From positions 1-33,306 of the IMG/VR virus record IMGVR_UViG_3300001751_000006: a stretch of 33,306 nt of DNA. One strand, 5' to 3'. Below are positions 8,694 through 17,090 of the stretch, one piece after another. Both the position numbers and the translations under genes were made by a program. Under the pieces are notes generated by a model, which did no database searches, was not told where the DNA came from, and saw nothing but the letters and a program-made list of their open reading frames with translations. Numbering within the stretch: position 1 is the stretch's first letter; each line of letters opens with the position of its first letter. Origin of the DNA: a virus. Lineage: Duplodnaviria > Caudoviricetes.

Positions 8694-8864
8694 CTACTCC
8701 TCTGGAGGAAGAAGATAAACTTTAGTACCAATCTGTAAATGCTCTGGAGGAAATACTAGTGGCTGTCCTCCACTAAAAGCGACTTCATTATTTCCTTCTC
8801 CATCCCAAGAAACCCAGAATTTTTTCCCTGAAAGATTATCCTTTTTAAGAATAGCTGAACCCAT
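8694..8864 (-). CDS. Small hypothetical protein
   Basis: The likely start MGSAIL at 8864 comes after the stop of the upstream gene; the longer ORF overlaps that gene. Confidence 0.5.
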   Translation of the reverse strand: MGSAILKKDNLSGKKFWVSWDGEGNNEVAFSGGQPLVFPPEHLQIGTKVYLLPPEE

Positions 8865-8874
8865 TAGCTTCTGA

Positions 8875-9141
8875 CTATTCTTCTTTTTCTTCTTCCAAGA
8901 TAGCTGTGGAAATAATTTCACCCATTTCAAAATCAAGTTCTTTAAGACATTCTTCATTTTCTACAAGCTCCCGACCTAGTTTCTCTAACTCTTTTTCGCC
9001 TTGCTCAACCGAATCTACTCCAATCTCATCTCTTAGTTGCTTAAGCAATTGCTTTTCCTGTCCTTCTTGATTTGCTCGTTCCTTCTCAAGCTTCTTAATC
9101 TTTTCCTGTTTCTCTTTTATCTTATCAATTATATCAGACAT
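8875..9141 (-). CDS. Small coiled-coil protein, possibly SbcCD-associated
   Basis: GAGGA RBS; E/K-rich heptads; lies between sbcD and the sbcC C-half. Confidence 0.6.
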   Translation of the reverse strand: MSDIIDKIKEKQEKIKKLEKERANQEGQEKQLLKQLRDEIGVDSVEQGEKELEKLGRELVENEECLKELDFEMGEIISTAILEEEKEE

Positions 9142-9156
9142 TTCTACTTCCTCTTA

Positions 9157-9381
9157 TTAGATAACATAATCTGGATAGAATATTTTCTCTCCATTTTCAT
9201 CAACTTCCTCCAACGTTGTGTTTGAAAACCATTCTACCTTGCCATTTTTAAATTTCAGCTGAACCTGTGAAAAACAAAGATAGTCATGTTCGATTTTTAC
9301 TACTTTACCAACTTGCCCAATAAATTCTTCTTTACCCTTATCATTTTTAGCAAAGTTGTCTAATACTTTTGTCCACTTCAT
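9157..9381 (-). CDS. Hypothetical protein (SH3-like small beta protein)
   Basis: GAGGAGG RBS; IGQVGKVVKI...VEWF. Confidence 0.55.
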   Translation of the reverse strand: MKWTKVLDNFAKNDKGKEEFIGQVGKVVKIEHDYLCFSQVQLKFKNGKVEWFSNTTLEEVDENGEKIFYPDYVI

Positions 9382-10334
9382 TCTTTTACCTCCTCAAGAC
9401 TCTGGTCAATAATATCCCTAACTTTTTTATTAGCTTTCCGCTCTTCCAAAACCCTAACAAGAAAATGCTTCCAACCAGACAATTTCTTTCCTCCCTGCTT
9501 CAACTTTTCAACAAGCTGAGAAAGTATCTCACTATCTTTCTTTTTAATATCTCTGGTTAGATCAAATACTTCTTCTACTGGTTTTACATCTAGTTCAACA
9601 ACTTCTAACTTACTCGTGTTTGTATCAAATATAACAACTGCTGGTTTATGCTCTAAATCAAATTTAGATATTGTTTTTCGAACTATTGCTCCAGGATTAA
9701 CAATTGTTCGGCCATTCCAAGTTTCAAAAAACCGATAATGATAATCTCCACAGCAAATAAGATTGTATTCAGGATACTTCCTAAGAAATTGCCTTGGACC
9801 AACCAACTCCTGACCCGGCCACAGAGGCCTATTCCCAATCATTCTATGAGTTACGAGTACATTGTAATTATCTTCAAAAGGTTTTGGAATTCCTTCACCA
9901 AAGCTTGATCCATACAAAGCTACAGAAGTTTCACTTCCTTCACTAACTAATCCAACTATATGTGGATTATCATCAAGCATTTTAATGAGCCCAGCTGACT
10001 CAAAAACTGCTAGTGGGCTATTTGGTAAGGTGGATTTTGAATGACCTGAAATATCGTGTTGACCATAAACACAACACAAGGGATCAATGGGATCATATAA
10101 AGAAATAGGATAAAGTCCATGGATTAATACCTCTATAATAGAAGATATAACTCGGTTTGCTATTGTTGGACTATCACAAAAATCTCCTACCTGAATAACA
10201 CAACTACAGCTATTTTCTTTAAAAATAGTAAATGCTTGCTGAAGTTTATCTTTTAGAGTTTCGAAGTAGTTATCCAGTCGCCTCTCTGGACTTCGATTAG
10301 TAAGTTGTAAATCTCCAAGAATTCCTATTTTCAC
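9378..10334 (-). CDS. sbcD: SbcD/Mre11-like metallophosphoesterase nuclease
   Basis: GDLQ, GDFCD, GQHD, VTH, GDYH and NPG motifs. Confidence 0.85.
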   Translation of the reverse strand: MKIGILGDLQLTNRSPERRLDNYFETLKDKLQQAFTIFKENSCSCVIQVGDFCDSPTIANRVISSIIEVLIHGLYPISLYDPIDPLCCVYGQHDISGHSKSTLPNSPLAVFESAGLIKMLDDNPHIVGLVSEGSETSVALYGSSFGEGIPKPFEDNYNVLVTHRMIGNRPLWPGQELVGPRQFLRKYPEYNLICCGDYHYRFFETWNGRTIVNPGAIVRKTISKFDLEHKPAVVIFDTNTSKLEVVELDVKPVEEVFDLTRDIKKKDSEILSQLVEKLKQGGKKLSGWKHFLVRVLEERKANKKVRDIIDQSLEEVKE

Positions 10335-11573
10335 CTATCTATCCCCTAACAATATTTTTCTTGATTCTTCTGTAAGCTTAATTCCACATGATGGGCAAAC
10401 ATCAAGCTTTTTCTTAAGATTCTTTTCCTCAAGCTCTAACTGCTCTAACTGCTTATCAATATCACTAATCTTAGATTTAGTATTGTGAATTTCTTCAAGC
10501 AACTTAATTGCTGCTTCAACCCTTCCATATATATCATTATACTTTACTAAAACGGATTTTCCAGAAGAAAGTACCTTCTCAAGATTCTCTGGAAGAGATA
10601 CTTTGCCCTTTCTAATCTGCTTTATTCTATTTAATAAGCCTCCAAGCTTTGATATGCTTTCTGATAATCTAATTGCAGAACTAGAATACTTCTCTAGCTT
10701 AACAAATGTTTGATCAAGATTATCTGGAAGAGTTATTCTATGTGACACAATCTCTTTTATCTTATTTATTAAACTACTAAGATGCAATGTTTGAGATGAT
10801 AATTCAACTACTAAATTAGAATGCTTTTCAACCTTAACAAATATTTGATCAAGATTATCCGGAAGAGTTATTCTACGACTCTCAAGATCCTTAAGATTCG
10901 TTATGATAGACTCTATCCGGCTTATTTTTTCTTTTATTTTCTCAATTTCTATCAAGTTATTCTTTGCCGCAAGTATCTTGCTCTCAAGCAACTCAAGATT
11001 TATTTTGTTTAGAATAACGAGTTCATCATTAGTAGAGTTAAATTCTTCTTGACAATGAGATATCTCATTCTTTTTCGAGCGTATCTTACTTGACAATAAT
11101 TTAACAGCTCTATCTATCTCATCCAATTTTGTTATAGATCTAATATATATAGCAACTTGTCCAGCAGGAGAATAAACAAGGAAGTACGGATCTCGTTGCT
11201 TCTGAATATTTATATCAGTCAAATTTAATATATCTGAAACATCTTTAGGTGGAGAAATACTTGCATTGAATGGATCAACTATTTCTAATCCATCCTTTTC
11301 TACAACATATACATTTTCAGACTTATTCCGCCTTCTAACTATACTACATGCATTTTCATTGTCAACAACCTCCATAGTTGCAATGCAATCACTTTGCCCT
11401 CTCCTTATACACCCATTGCCCCGTGGACGATTATCAACTATCCATTTCATAGCCAATAGGATATTTGTTTTGCCGTGCCCAGTATCTCCCGTAATAACAT
11501 TTATTCCAGGTGAGAATTTAAGCTCGGTCTTCTCATGAGTTTTGAAATTTTCTAATGTAAGTTTCTTGATCAT
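10335..11573 (-). CDS. sbcC: SbcC/Rad50-like ATPase, N-terminal half
   Basis: LENFKTH, Walker A GDTGHGKT, Q-loop NIQKQ, coiled coil and terminal zinc-hook CPSC. Confidence 0.85.
   Translation of the reverse strand: MIKKLTLENFKTHEKTELKFSPGINVITGDTGHGKTNILLAMKWIVDNRPRGNGCIRRGQSDCIATMEVVDNENACSIVRRRNKSENVYVVEKDGLEIVDPFNASISPPKDVSDILNLTDINIQKQRDPYFLVYSPAGQVAIYIRSITKLDEIDRAVKLLSSKIRSKKNEISHCQEEFNSTNDELVILNKINLELLESKILAAKNNLIEIEKIKEKISRIESIITNLKDLESRRITLPDNLDQIFVKVEKHSNLVVELSSQTLHLSSLINKIKEIVSHRITLPDNLDQTFVKLEKYSSSAIRLSESISKLGGLLNRIKQIRKGKVSLPENLEKVLSSGKSVLVKYNDIYGRVEAAIKLLEEIHNTKSKISDIDKQLEQLELEEKNLKKKLDVCPSCGIKLTEESRKILLGDR
10579..10875. repeat. Three degenerate 135-bp (45-aa) tandem units in the SbcC coiled coil
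   Basis: cttaacaaatRtttgatcaagattatcYggaagagttattcta at 10698-10740 and 10833-10875; third partial copy at 10579-10597. In protein: ITLPDNLDQ twice plus VSLPENLEK. Confidence 0.85.
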
Positions 11574-11776
11574 ACATTGATTCCATTATGAATGCTATCA
11601 TGACCCTTAAGCAAACCCCGCATGTTAGAAATATCTTTTAATATCTTTCTAATCAACTTGGAATCAGCAGCTGTTGATGAAGCCCTTTTTGCTGCCTCAA
11701 ATAACTTAAATAATTCCTCTGAAGATAAACTTCTAAAGTAACTAATACTATAGCTCATGTGAGGATCATACATCAC
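11570..11776 (-). CDS. Hypothetical protein
   Basis: Four-base overlaps with neighbours on both sides. Confidence 0.55.
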   Translation of the reverse strand: MMYDPHMSYSISYFRSLSSEELFKLFEAAKRASSTAADSKLIRKILKDISNMRGLLKGHDSIHNGINV

Positions 11777-12501
11777 TTCCCTTTCTGTTTTTGTATAAAT
11801 GGCCTGTCTAGAATATTAACAGGGTATCCTTTTGTAGTTCTGAGGAATATTCTCCTCTCTCCTTCATTTAATTTAGACAACTCAAGTTCTCCACTCCTGA
11901 GTTTCAATTCCACGTATAGCATTTTAGCTAAATAATAAGCATCTGCTAAATCAGTAGCAGGGCCATCAAACTCCTCAACTTTTTTATCTCCTTTTTTAAC
12001 CTGCTTCTTTTTTATTAAACCATCAGGAATATGAAACCAACTCAAAGCTTTCTTTACAATATCTTTCTTCATGCAATTTCCTCTACCTACAGCAAAAAGT
12101 TTTACAGTTAGAGGATCATGAATTCTTATTTTTCCTCCCCCTTCAAATATTGAATGCTTTAAGTATCCAGTTAATTCAGCAATCTGGCAGATTGAAGTAG
12201 TTTTAGATGCATAAGAATATCCTTCAACAGAATAGTACACCGGTGGAGGAAGATGTATAAAAGTTGATAATTTGTGTTCAATATCTAATAAGATACGCAT
12301 ATATTCCTTTAGTCTTCGTAGTCGAAAAATTTCATTGGGTTCATTCTTCTCTCTCTTGCTAAGAAGATATCCATGTTGTGGATCAGTATCTGTATATTTC
12401 TTAGTTGTTGAAAGAAAACCATAATCCATCACTACTCCATAACCATTAAGAATAACAATTCCTCCATGGTCAAGAGATATATCTAATCCAAAAATTTTCA
12501 T
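11773..12501 (-). CDS. ruvC: RuvC-like Holliday junction resolvase
   Basis: IFGLDISL, VEGYSY, IAELTG, P.TVKLF..G.GN..K and DLADAYY. Confidence 0.8.
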   Translation of the reverse strand: MKIFGLDISLDHGGIVILNGYGVVMDYGFLSTTKKYTDTDPQHGYLLSKREKNEPNEIFRLRRLKEYMRILLDIEHKLSTFIHLPPPVYYSVEGYSYASKTTSICQIAELTGYLKHSIFEGGGKIRIHDPLTVKLFAVGRGNCMKKDIVKKALSWFHIPDGLIKKKQVKKGDKKVEEFDGPATDLADAYYLAKMLYVELKLRSGELELSKLNEGERRIFLRTTKGYPVNILDRPFIQKQKGK

Positions 12502-12662
12502 TTCATTTCTCTCTTCTATCTACAAGCCTTTGAAGGTTACATTTAGTAATCCAAACTAGAGCCGTAAGAGTTACAGGTTATGCTCTTTGTGCGATATATT
12601 TTTCTGGTGCAGAGCATACACAATTTACTTCGCCTCATTTTCGCACCTTCTTTCTTATAAGT

Positions 12663-12842
12663 TTAGTGCCATTGGTTGTTTACTTCCTCTTGTGTCCCAT
12701 AAAACTCGGCATAACCATTAGCACATCCACTTCTTTTACGAACTTGAATATTTGCTGGACATTTCTCATTGGGGCATATATATTCTTTGCCTTGGGACGG
12801 GTTTATAAGTAACAGCCTCTTTTTGCAAGCCGGGCATTTCAT
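12663..12842 (-). CDS. 59-aa zinc-ribbon protein (not in ORF track)
   Basis: AGGTG RBS; MKCPACKK...YICPNEKCP. Confidence 0.65.
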   Translation of the reverse strand: MKCPACKKRLLLINPSQGKEYICPNEKCPANIQVRKRSGCANGYAEFYGTQEEVNNQWH

Positions 12843-12874
12843 CTTCGCACCTGCCTTTCTTATTAAGTGGTAAA

Positions 12875-13072
12875 CTACCCTTGGTTACGAGTTTTCTTGT
12901 ATGGTTCATATTCCCCACACCAAGATATTGCCAATACAAAAGGAGCATAAGAAAACATTAAGAAATTATCTTTGGGTATTAGCCCGCGAGGAATGGCAAC
13001 TGGTGCGTTTTTATGACACCAGCCAAAATTAGAGTTACCTCCAAATTCCTTGAACCTTCTCAATGTTATCAC
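12875..13072 (-). CDS. Small hypothetical protein, possibly N-terminally truncated
   Basis: GWCHKNAP...WCGEY resembles small Cys-rich phage proteins but lacks the usual N-terminal CxxC. Confidence 0.4.
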   Translation of the reverse strand: MITLRRFKEFGGNSNFGWCHKNAPVAIPRGLIPKDNFLMFSYAPFVLAISWCGEYEPYKKTRNQG

Positions 13073-13111
13073 TACTACAAGATGGACAAACCTCTTTCTC
13101 TTTCTTATCTA

Positions 13112-14161
13112 TTACCACTCCCTTACTTTTCGTTGTTCTGTCTCATAAACTTTTTGCCACAAAGTCCATACTTCTTTCCTCAAATCTTCTTCAAGATTCC
13201 CTTCCTCTATATATTTAACCCAAGTTTTAAGAGTATGCTCTTCTCCAAAAAGTTTGATCTTTGTTCTAGCTTTCTTGGCATCATCTTTCCCATTCTGTTC
13301 TTCACTTATAAAAAAGAGATTAGAAGCGATATCATCAAGGCCGTAATCAAATAAGATTTTGAATCTTCCTTCTCTGAAAGGAGGAGCAACTTTATTCTTG
13401 GTTATCTTAAACTTGGTCCAAATACCAATCACTCTTCCGGAAGAGTTAACTACTTTACTATCATGCTTGAGATATAATCTAACTGATGGATAAAATTCTG
13501 GAGCCCTTCCTCCTGTAGTAGTTTCACCTCCAAAAGGGGATCCCATGTTATCTCTCGTTTGATCTATGAGAACTAAAGTTGTGTTGCTCTCAGCAATAGA
13601 CTTTATGTACTTCCTAAATCCCAAAGATAGTTGCTTAGCTCGATATGCTCCATATCCTTGCTCATCCATCTTTTTATCGTCTTCTATCTTAGCTGGAAGG
13701 GCAGTAATACTATCTCCCACTAACACTTTAGGTTTAGTGTTTAGCTTCTTCTTATCATTTTTCCCTTTATCAGCTTTGTATACAGCCGAGCTAACCCAAC
13801 CATCAAAAAAGTCTTCTAGAGTTCGAGGATGAGCAATACTGCTCTTCTTTGAATCAAAACCATATATTGCAGCAAACCTTTCATCAAGAGTATGTTCAAC
13901 ATCAGCGTAATATGTTTCCATTCCAGCGCGCTGAGCATATCCTAGAATAGTAGCTGCTAGCACAGATTTACAAGTACTAAATCCACCATAAACATGAAGT
14001 ATCCGCCCAATCGGAATACCTCCTGGAAATATATTTGATATGGCTAGATCTAGAATAGTACATCCAGTTTGACACCAACTCTCAACAGATGGAAGATCAA
14101 CCACCTCATTAGCTTTCTGTGATGTTTCTTCTATTTCACTTTCAGTTTTTTTAGATCCCAT
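13112..14161 (-). CDS. recA: RecA/UvsX-like recombinase
   Basis: GGIPIGRI, Walker A variant GGFSTCKS, DVEH, GDSITAL, IDQTR, TTGGRA and KNKVAPPFREG. Confidence 0.92.
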   Translation of the reverse strand: MGSKKTESEIEETSQKANEVVDLPSVESWCQTGCTILDLAISNIFPGGIPIGRILHVYGGFSTCKSVLAATILGYAQRAGMETYYADVEHTLDERFAAIYGFDSKKSSIAHPRTLEDFFDGWVSSAVYKADKGKNDKKKLNTKPKVLVGDSITALPAKIEDDKKMDEQGYGAYRAKQLSLGFRKYIKSIAESNTTLVLIDQTRDNMGSPFGGETTTGGRAPEFYPSVRLYLKHDSKVVNSSGRVIGIWTKFKITKNKVAPPFREGRFKILFDYGLDDIASNLFFISEEQNGKDDAKKARTKIKLFGEEHTLKTWVKYIEEGNLEEDLRKEVWTLWQKVYETEQRKVREW

Positions 14162-14173
14162 ATTTAACTCCTC

Positions 14174-14377
14174 CTAACTGTTAGCTTCATCCATCTTAGC
14201 CAAAGCCCAAGCTATTCCCCTAGTAAATCCAGCATGGAAAGCATCACACTCTGCTTCCGCACTATTCCTACCTTTTATTGGAGGCAGGTTAAAGTATGCT
14301 TCCAATGCATTGCATCCAGCATCAATATCCTCATCATCAGGAAGATATTTATCAAATTTCCAATCTTTTGCTTTCAT
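14174..14377 (-). CDS. Hypothetical protein
   Basis: GAGGAG RBS; ATGA overlap with the upstream gene. Confidence 0.55.
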   Translation of the reverse strand: MKAKDWKFDKYLPDDEDIDAGCNALEAYFNLPPIKGRNSAEAECDAFHAGFTRGIAWALAKMDEANS

Positions 14378-14901
14378 ACTTCTGACTCCTCTAAACCATC
14401 TCGTTCCTGAGCTTTTTGATTTCTCAAGGCTATTATAGCCTCCTCATCATCTCTCCAACTACTATCATCAACTGGTTTATCACTATGATAATATGCTCGA
14501 ATAAACAACTGAACAAGATTTCCAATTAGTGACTTCCTTTGTTCAACAGAGGATAAAAGAGTAGATGCTTCATCTGATAACCTGTTAGCCTCTATATACT
14601 CTCTAACTGCTTCCTGGTAATCAGAGTGAGTAGTCACAACCGATCCAATAGAATCATTTGTAATCTTACCTGTTAAGTCATAATCTTCAGGCCTCTTTCT
14701 AACCTTAGAGAATAAATCAGCTTTAACAAATTCTATATGCTCTTTAGCAGTTTTAGCAGCAGCCTTAATTCCAGATACCCATTGACCAACTTCATCAAAT
14801 AAAACGGGTTGCTGACTATTTTCCTTCTCTAGACTAAATTGATCTATGGGTAATTTATCACGAAAGTAGTCTAATTTTTGTTTATCTTCATCAGATAGCA
14901 T
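14374..14901 (-). CDS. UvsY-like recombination mediator
   Basis: Helical; IDQFSLEKE..QQP and ..QRKSLI.NLV.L...YY; located between SSB and RecA. Confidence 0.55.
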   Translation of the reverse strand: MLSDEDKQKLDYFRDKLPIDQFSLEKENSQQPVLFDEVGQWVSGIKAAAKTAKEHIEFVKADLFSKVRKRPEDYDLTGKITNDSIGSVVTTHSDYQEAVREYIEANRLSDEASTLLSSVEQRKSLIGNLVQLFIRAYYHSDKPVDDSSWRDDEEAIIALRNQKAQERDGLEESEV

Positions 14902-15842
14902 TATTCTTCCTCTGGCCTCTCTCTTTTACGGCTTCTTATTTCATCAAGCTTTTGCCTAACTGCAGCAGCCTGATCCTCATCATTTGAGTCATCTCTACCT
15001 CTTGAATCACCTCTGCTACTCCTTGAGTCATCTCTACTATCATCTCTGGTGGAGTTTCTGCTATCATCCCTACTCCTTGACTCATCTCTTCTACTTCTCC
15101 TGTTTTCATCAGAATTCTCTACTCCTCTATTATCCTCCCTATCCCTACTCCTACTATCTTTAGAATCAGATTTTCTGCCCAAAACAGCTTCCCTCATCTC
15201 AGTTGGATTAGGAACCAAAAGAACCTCATCAAATGAAGGAAGATCTTTATACCAGCTACTAGGAATAGGTTTGGTTTCTCGAAGAACATATCCAGTATAC
15301 TCAGTCCTCTTACCATCATTTCTAACAAACTCAACGTCCCTTCCATTATCTGGATCAGTTGGGTCTAACTTCTCTCCAGTTCTCTTATCCTTTGATAAAG
15401 TACAAACTGCTTTATAAATTGATATTGGGCAATCAAACCACTTAGGGCCTTCCTCTTCAGTTTCACGTGACGTAGTATCAACTACAAAAAGAAGAAACCT
15501 TCTACTAGGATTAAGTTCTTTTATTGTATCATTATCCGCTCCTGATGCTTTTAGCTCCGCGATTTGATCACATATAGGGCAAGCCTTACCAAACATCTTA
15601 TCCAAACACAGAAAAGTAGCGTTGTTTGCTCCTACATTATCGTGCTTCCATATTTCTCTGGCAAATGGCCCTGTAGAACTTGGAGCTACTATCCTAATAA
15701 AGTTATTTCCATCTTTCTTCTTAGTATTGTATCTACCAATACCCATTCTATCCAGTTTGTTTGTGTCAACATAATTAAAGTTAACACCTCCAGTGCTCAC
15801 ATTAGCACCATCATCAATAGCTTGTTCTCTACTTTTATCCAT
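14901..15842 (-). CDS. Single-stranded DNA-binding protein (T4 gp32-like)
   Basis: NFIRIV, H...CL...CPIC Zn site, DPTDPDNGRDV and a charged tail. Start re-assigned to ATG 15842 after GGAGGT. Confidence 0.7.
   Translation of the reverse strand: MDKSREQAIDDGANVSTGGVNFNYVDTNKLDRMGIGRYNTKKKDGNNFIRIVAPSSTGPFAREIWKHDNVGANNATFLCLDKMFGKACPICDQIAELKASGADNDTIKELNPSRRFLLFVVDTTSRETEEEGPKWFDCPISIYKAVCTLSKDKRTGEKLDPTDPDNGRDVEFVRNDGKRTEYTGYVLRETKPIPSSWYKDLPSFDEVLLVPNPTEMREAVLGRKSDSKDSRSRDREDNRGVENSDENRRSRRDESRSRDDSRNSTRDDSRDDSRSSRGDSRGRDDSNDEDQAAAVRQKLDEIRSRKRERPEEE
14980..15170 (-). repeat. Low-complexity D/S/R repeat (SRDDSR-like) in the SSB tail
   Basis: ctactccttgaStcatctct at 15016-15035 and 15070-15089; protein RDDSR is repeated. 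Confidence 0.75.
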
Positions 15843-15967
15843 TGAATTACCTCCAAAATTTAAGTTTATTTTTACTTTTTCTAGATGCTGGAATAAGGAT
15901 TCCCGATTCTCCACATAGTATTTTAATTGATCGTCTCTACACTTCCAACTCTTATCACTCTATTTTA

Positions 15968-16918
15968 TCAAATCCATGTCTCAAAACAAGCTCTAGCCAC
16001 AAGTGCTCCTAGCAAACTTTTTCCTCCATAGTAAGTGTTAATTGAAAAGATTTTTAACAAATGAGCAATATCCATAGCATCTTGTACTTCATCATACTTC
16101 TTTAGTTTATTATACAAAAATGTCAAGATAGACCGCCTAACTTTCTCACTATCCTCAGTAATAGCATCAAAAGTCATAATAATTTGCTTCCATTTTTTTC
16201 TTCTAACATCAGGAGCCATCACTAACAATTTTAATAAATCTAAAACAGTAGCGTCTCTTTCTGTTCCGCTAACTAATAGTTCAAGTGCTTCAACAGTTTC
16301 TTTTATTTCGGCAACTTGCTCTAGTGAAACCAAAGCAGCTCTTGGAGATCCATCACAAGTTAATGATATAGCCTCTAGTACATCAGACGAAACATTTAAA
16401 CTTTTCTTTTCGCAAGCTGATTTAAGAACTTCGATTACCTCCTTTGGTCTTATTAACTCAACTTCATACTCAGTGCATCTATTACGTATAGTTTTGATAA
16501 TATTCTCTGGATTTGTTGTACAAAAAATAAAGTAGCAATGAGGAGGATTATCTTCTATTGTTTTTAGAAGAGCTTCCTGAGCTTTTCCAGTTAGCTCGTG
16601 GGACTCATCAAAAATGTAGGTCTTAGCATTACTTCCAAGACCCATTAGATGTGAGTTTTTAGCTATTTCTCTAACAGTATCAATTCCATTCGTGTTAGCA
16701 GCATTTAATTCAAACATGGAATCTTTATTAGATCCAAATTCTTTAGCTAAGATACGAGCAATAGTTGTTTTTCCACATCCAGATGGTCCTTTTAGAAGTA
16801 TAGCATGAGATCTAGATTCAGAAGGTTTTCTTAGCATACTCCTAAGTGCACCAATAGTAGTTGAATTTCCAACTACATCGTTGAAATTATCTGGTCTGAC
16901 TTCTTGATAGAGTGACAT
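15968..16918 (-). CDS. dnaX: DNA polymerase III gamma/tau-like AAA+ clamp loader
   Basis: LYQEVRP, GPSGCGKTT, ELNAA, FDESH, ALLKTIED and TIRNRC. Confidence 0.85.
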   Translation of the reverse strand: MSLYQEVRPDNFNDVVGNSTTIGALRSMLRKPSESRSHAILLKGPSGCGKTTIARILAKEFGSNKDSMFELNAANTNGIDTVREIAKNSHLMGLGSNAKTYIFDESHELTGKAQEALLKTIEDNPPHCYFIFCTTNPENIIKTIRNRCTEYEVELIRPKEVIEVLKSACEKKSLNVSSDVLEAISLTCDGSPRAALVSLEQVAEIKETVEALELLVSGTERDATVLDLLKLLVMAPDVRRKKWKQIIMTFDAITEDSEKVRRSILTFLYNKLKKYDEVQDAMDIAHLLKIFSINTYYGGKSLLGALVARACFETWI

Positions 16919-16921
16919 TCT

Positions 16922-17065
16922 TTACTCCTTTGGACAACCTCGCAATTCCCTCATAGCATCACTTAGTGAACATTCAAAACAATCAATATCAAACTCACAT
17001 TCCACTGCAATATCTTTTCCAATCTTGATCTTCTTTACTCCACTTTCTTCAATATTATTATACAT
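16922..17065 (-). CDS. 47-aa hypothetical protein (not in ORF track)
   Basis: GAGGT RBS; MYNNIEESG...ECEFDIDCFEC...GCPKE fills the gap between the polymerase and dnaX. Confidence 0.45.
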   Translation of the reverse strand: MYNNIEESGVKKIKIGKDIAVECEFDIDCFECSLSDAMRELRGCPKE

Positions 17066-17090
17066 TCAACTTACCTCTATATCAGAAAAC

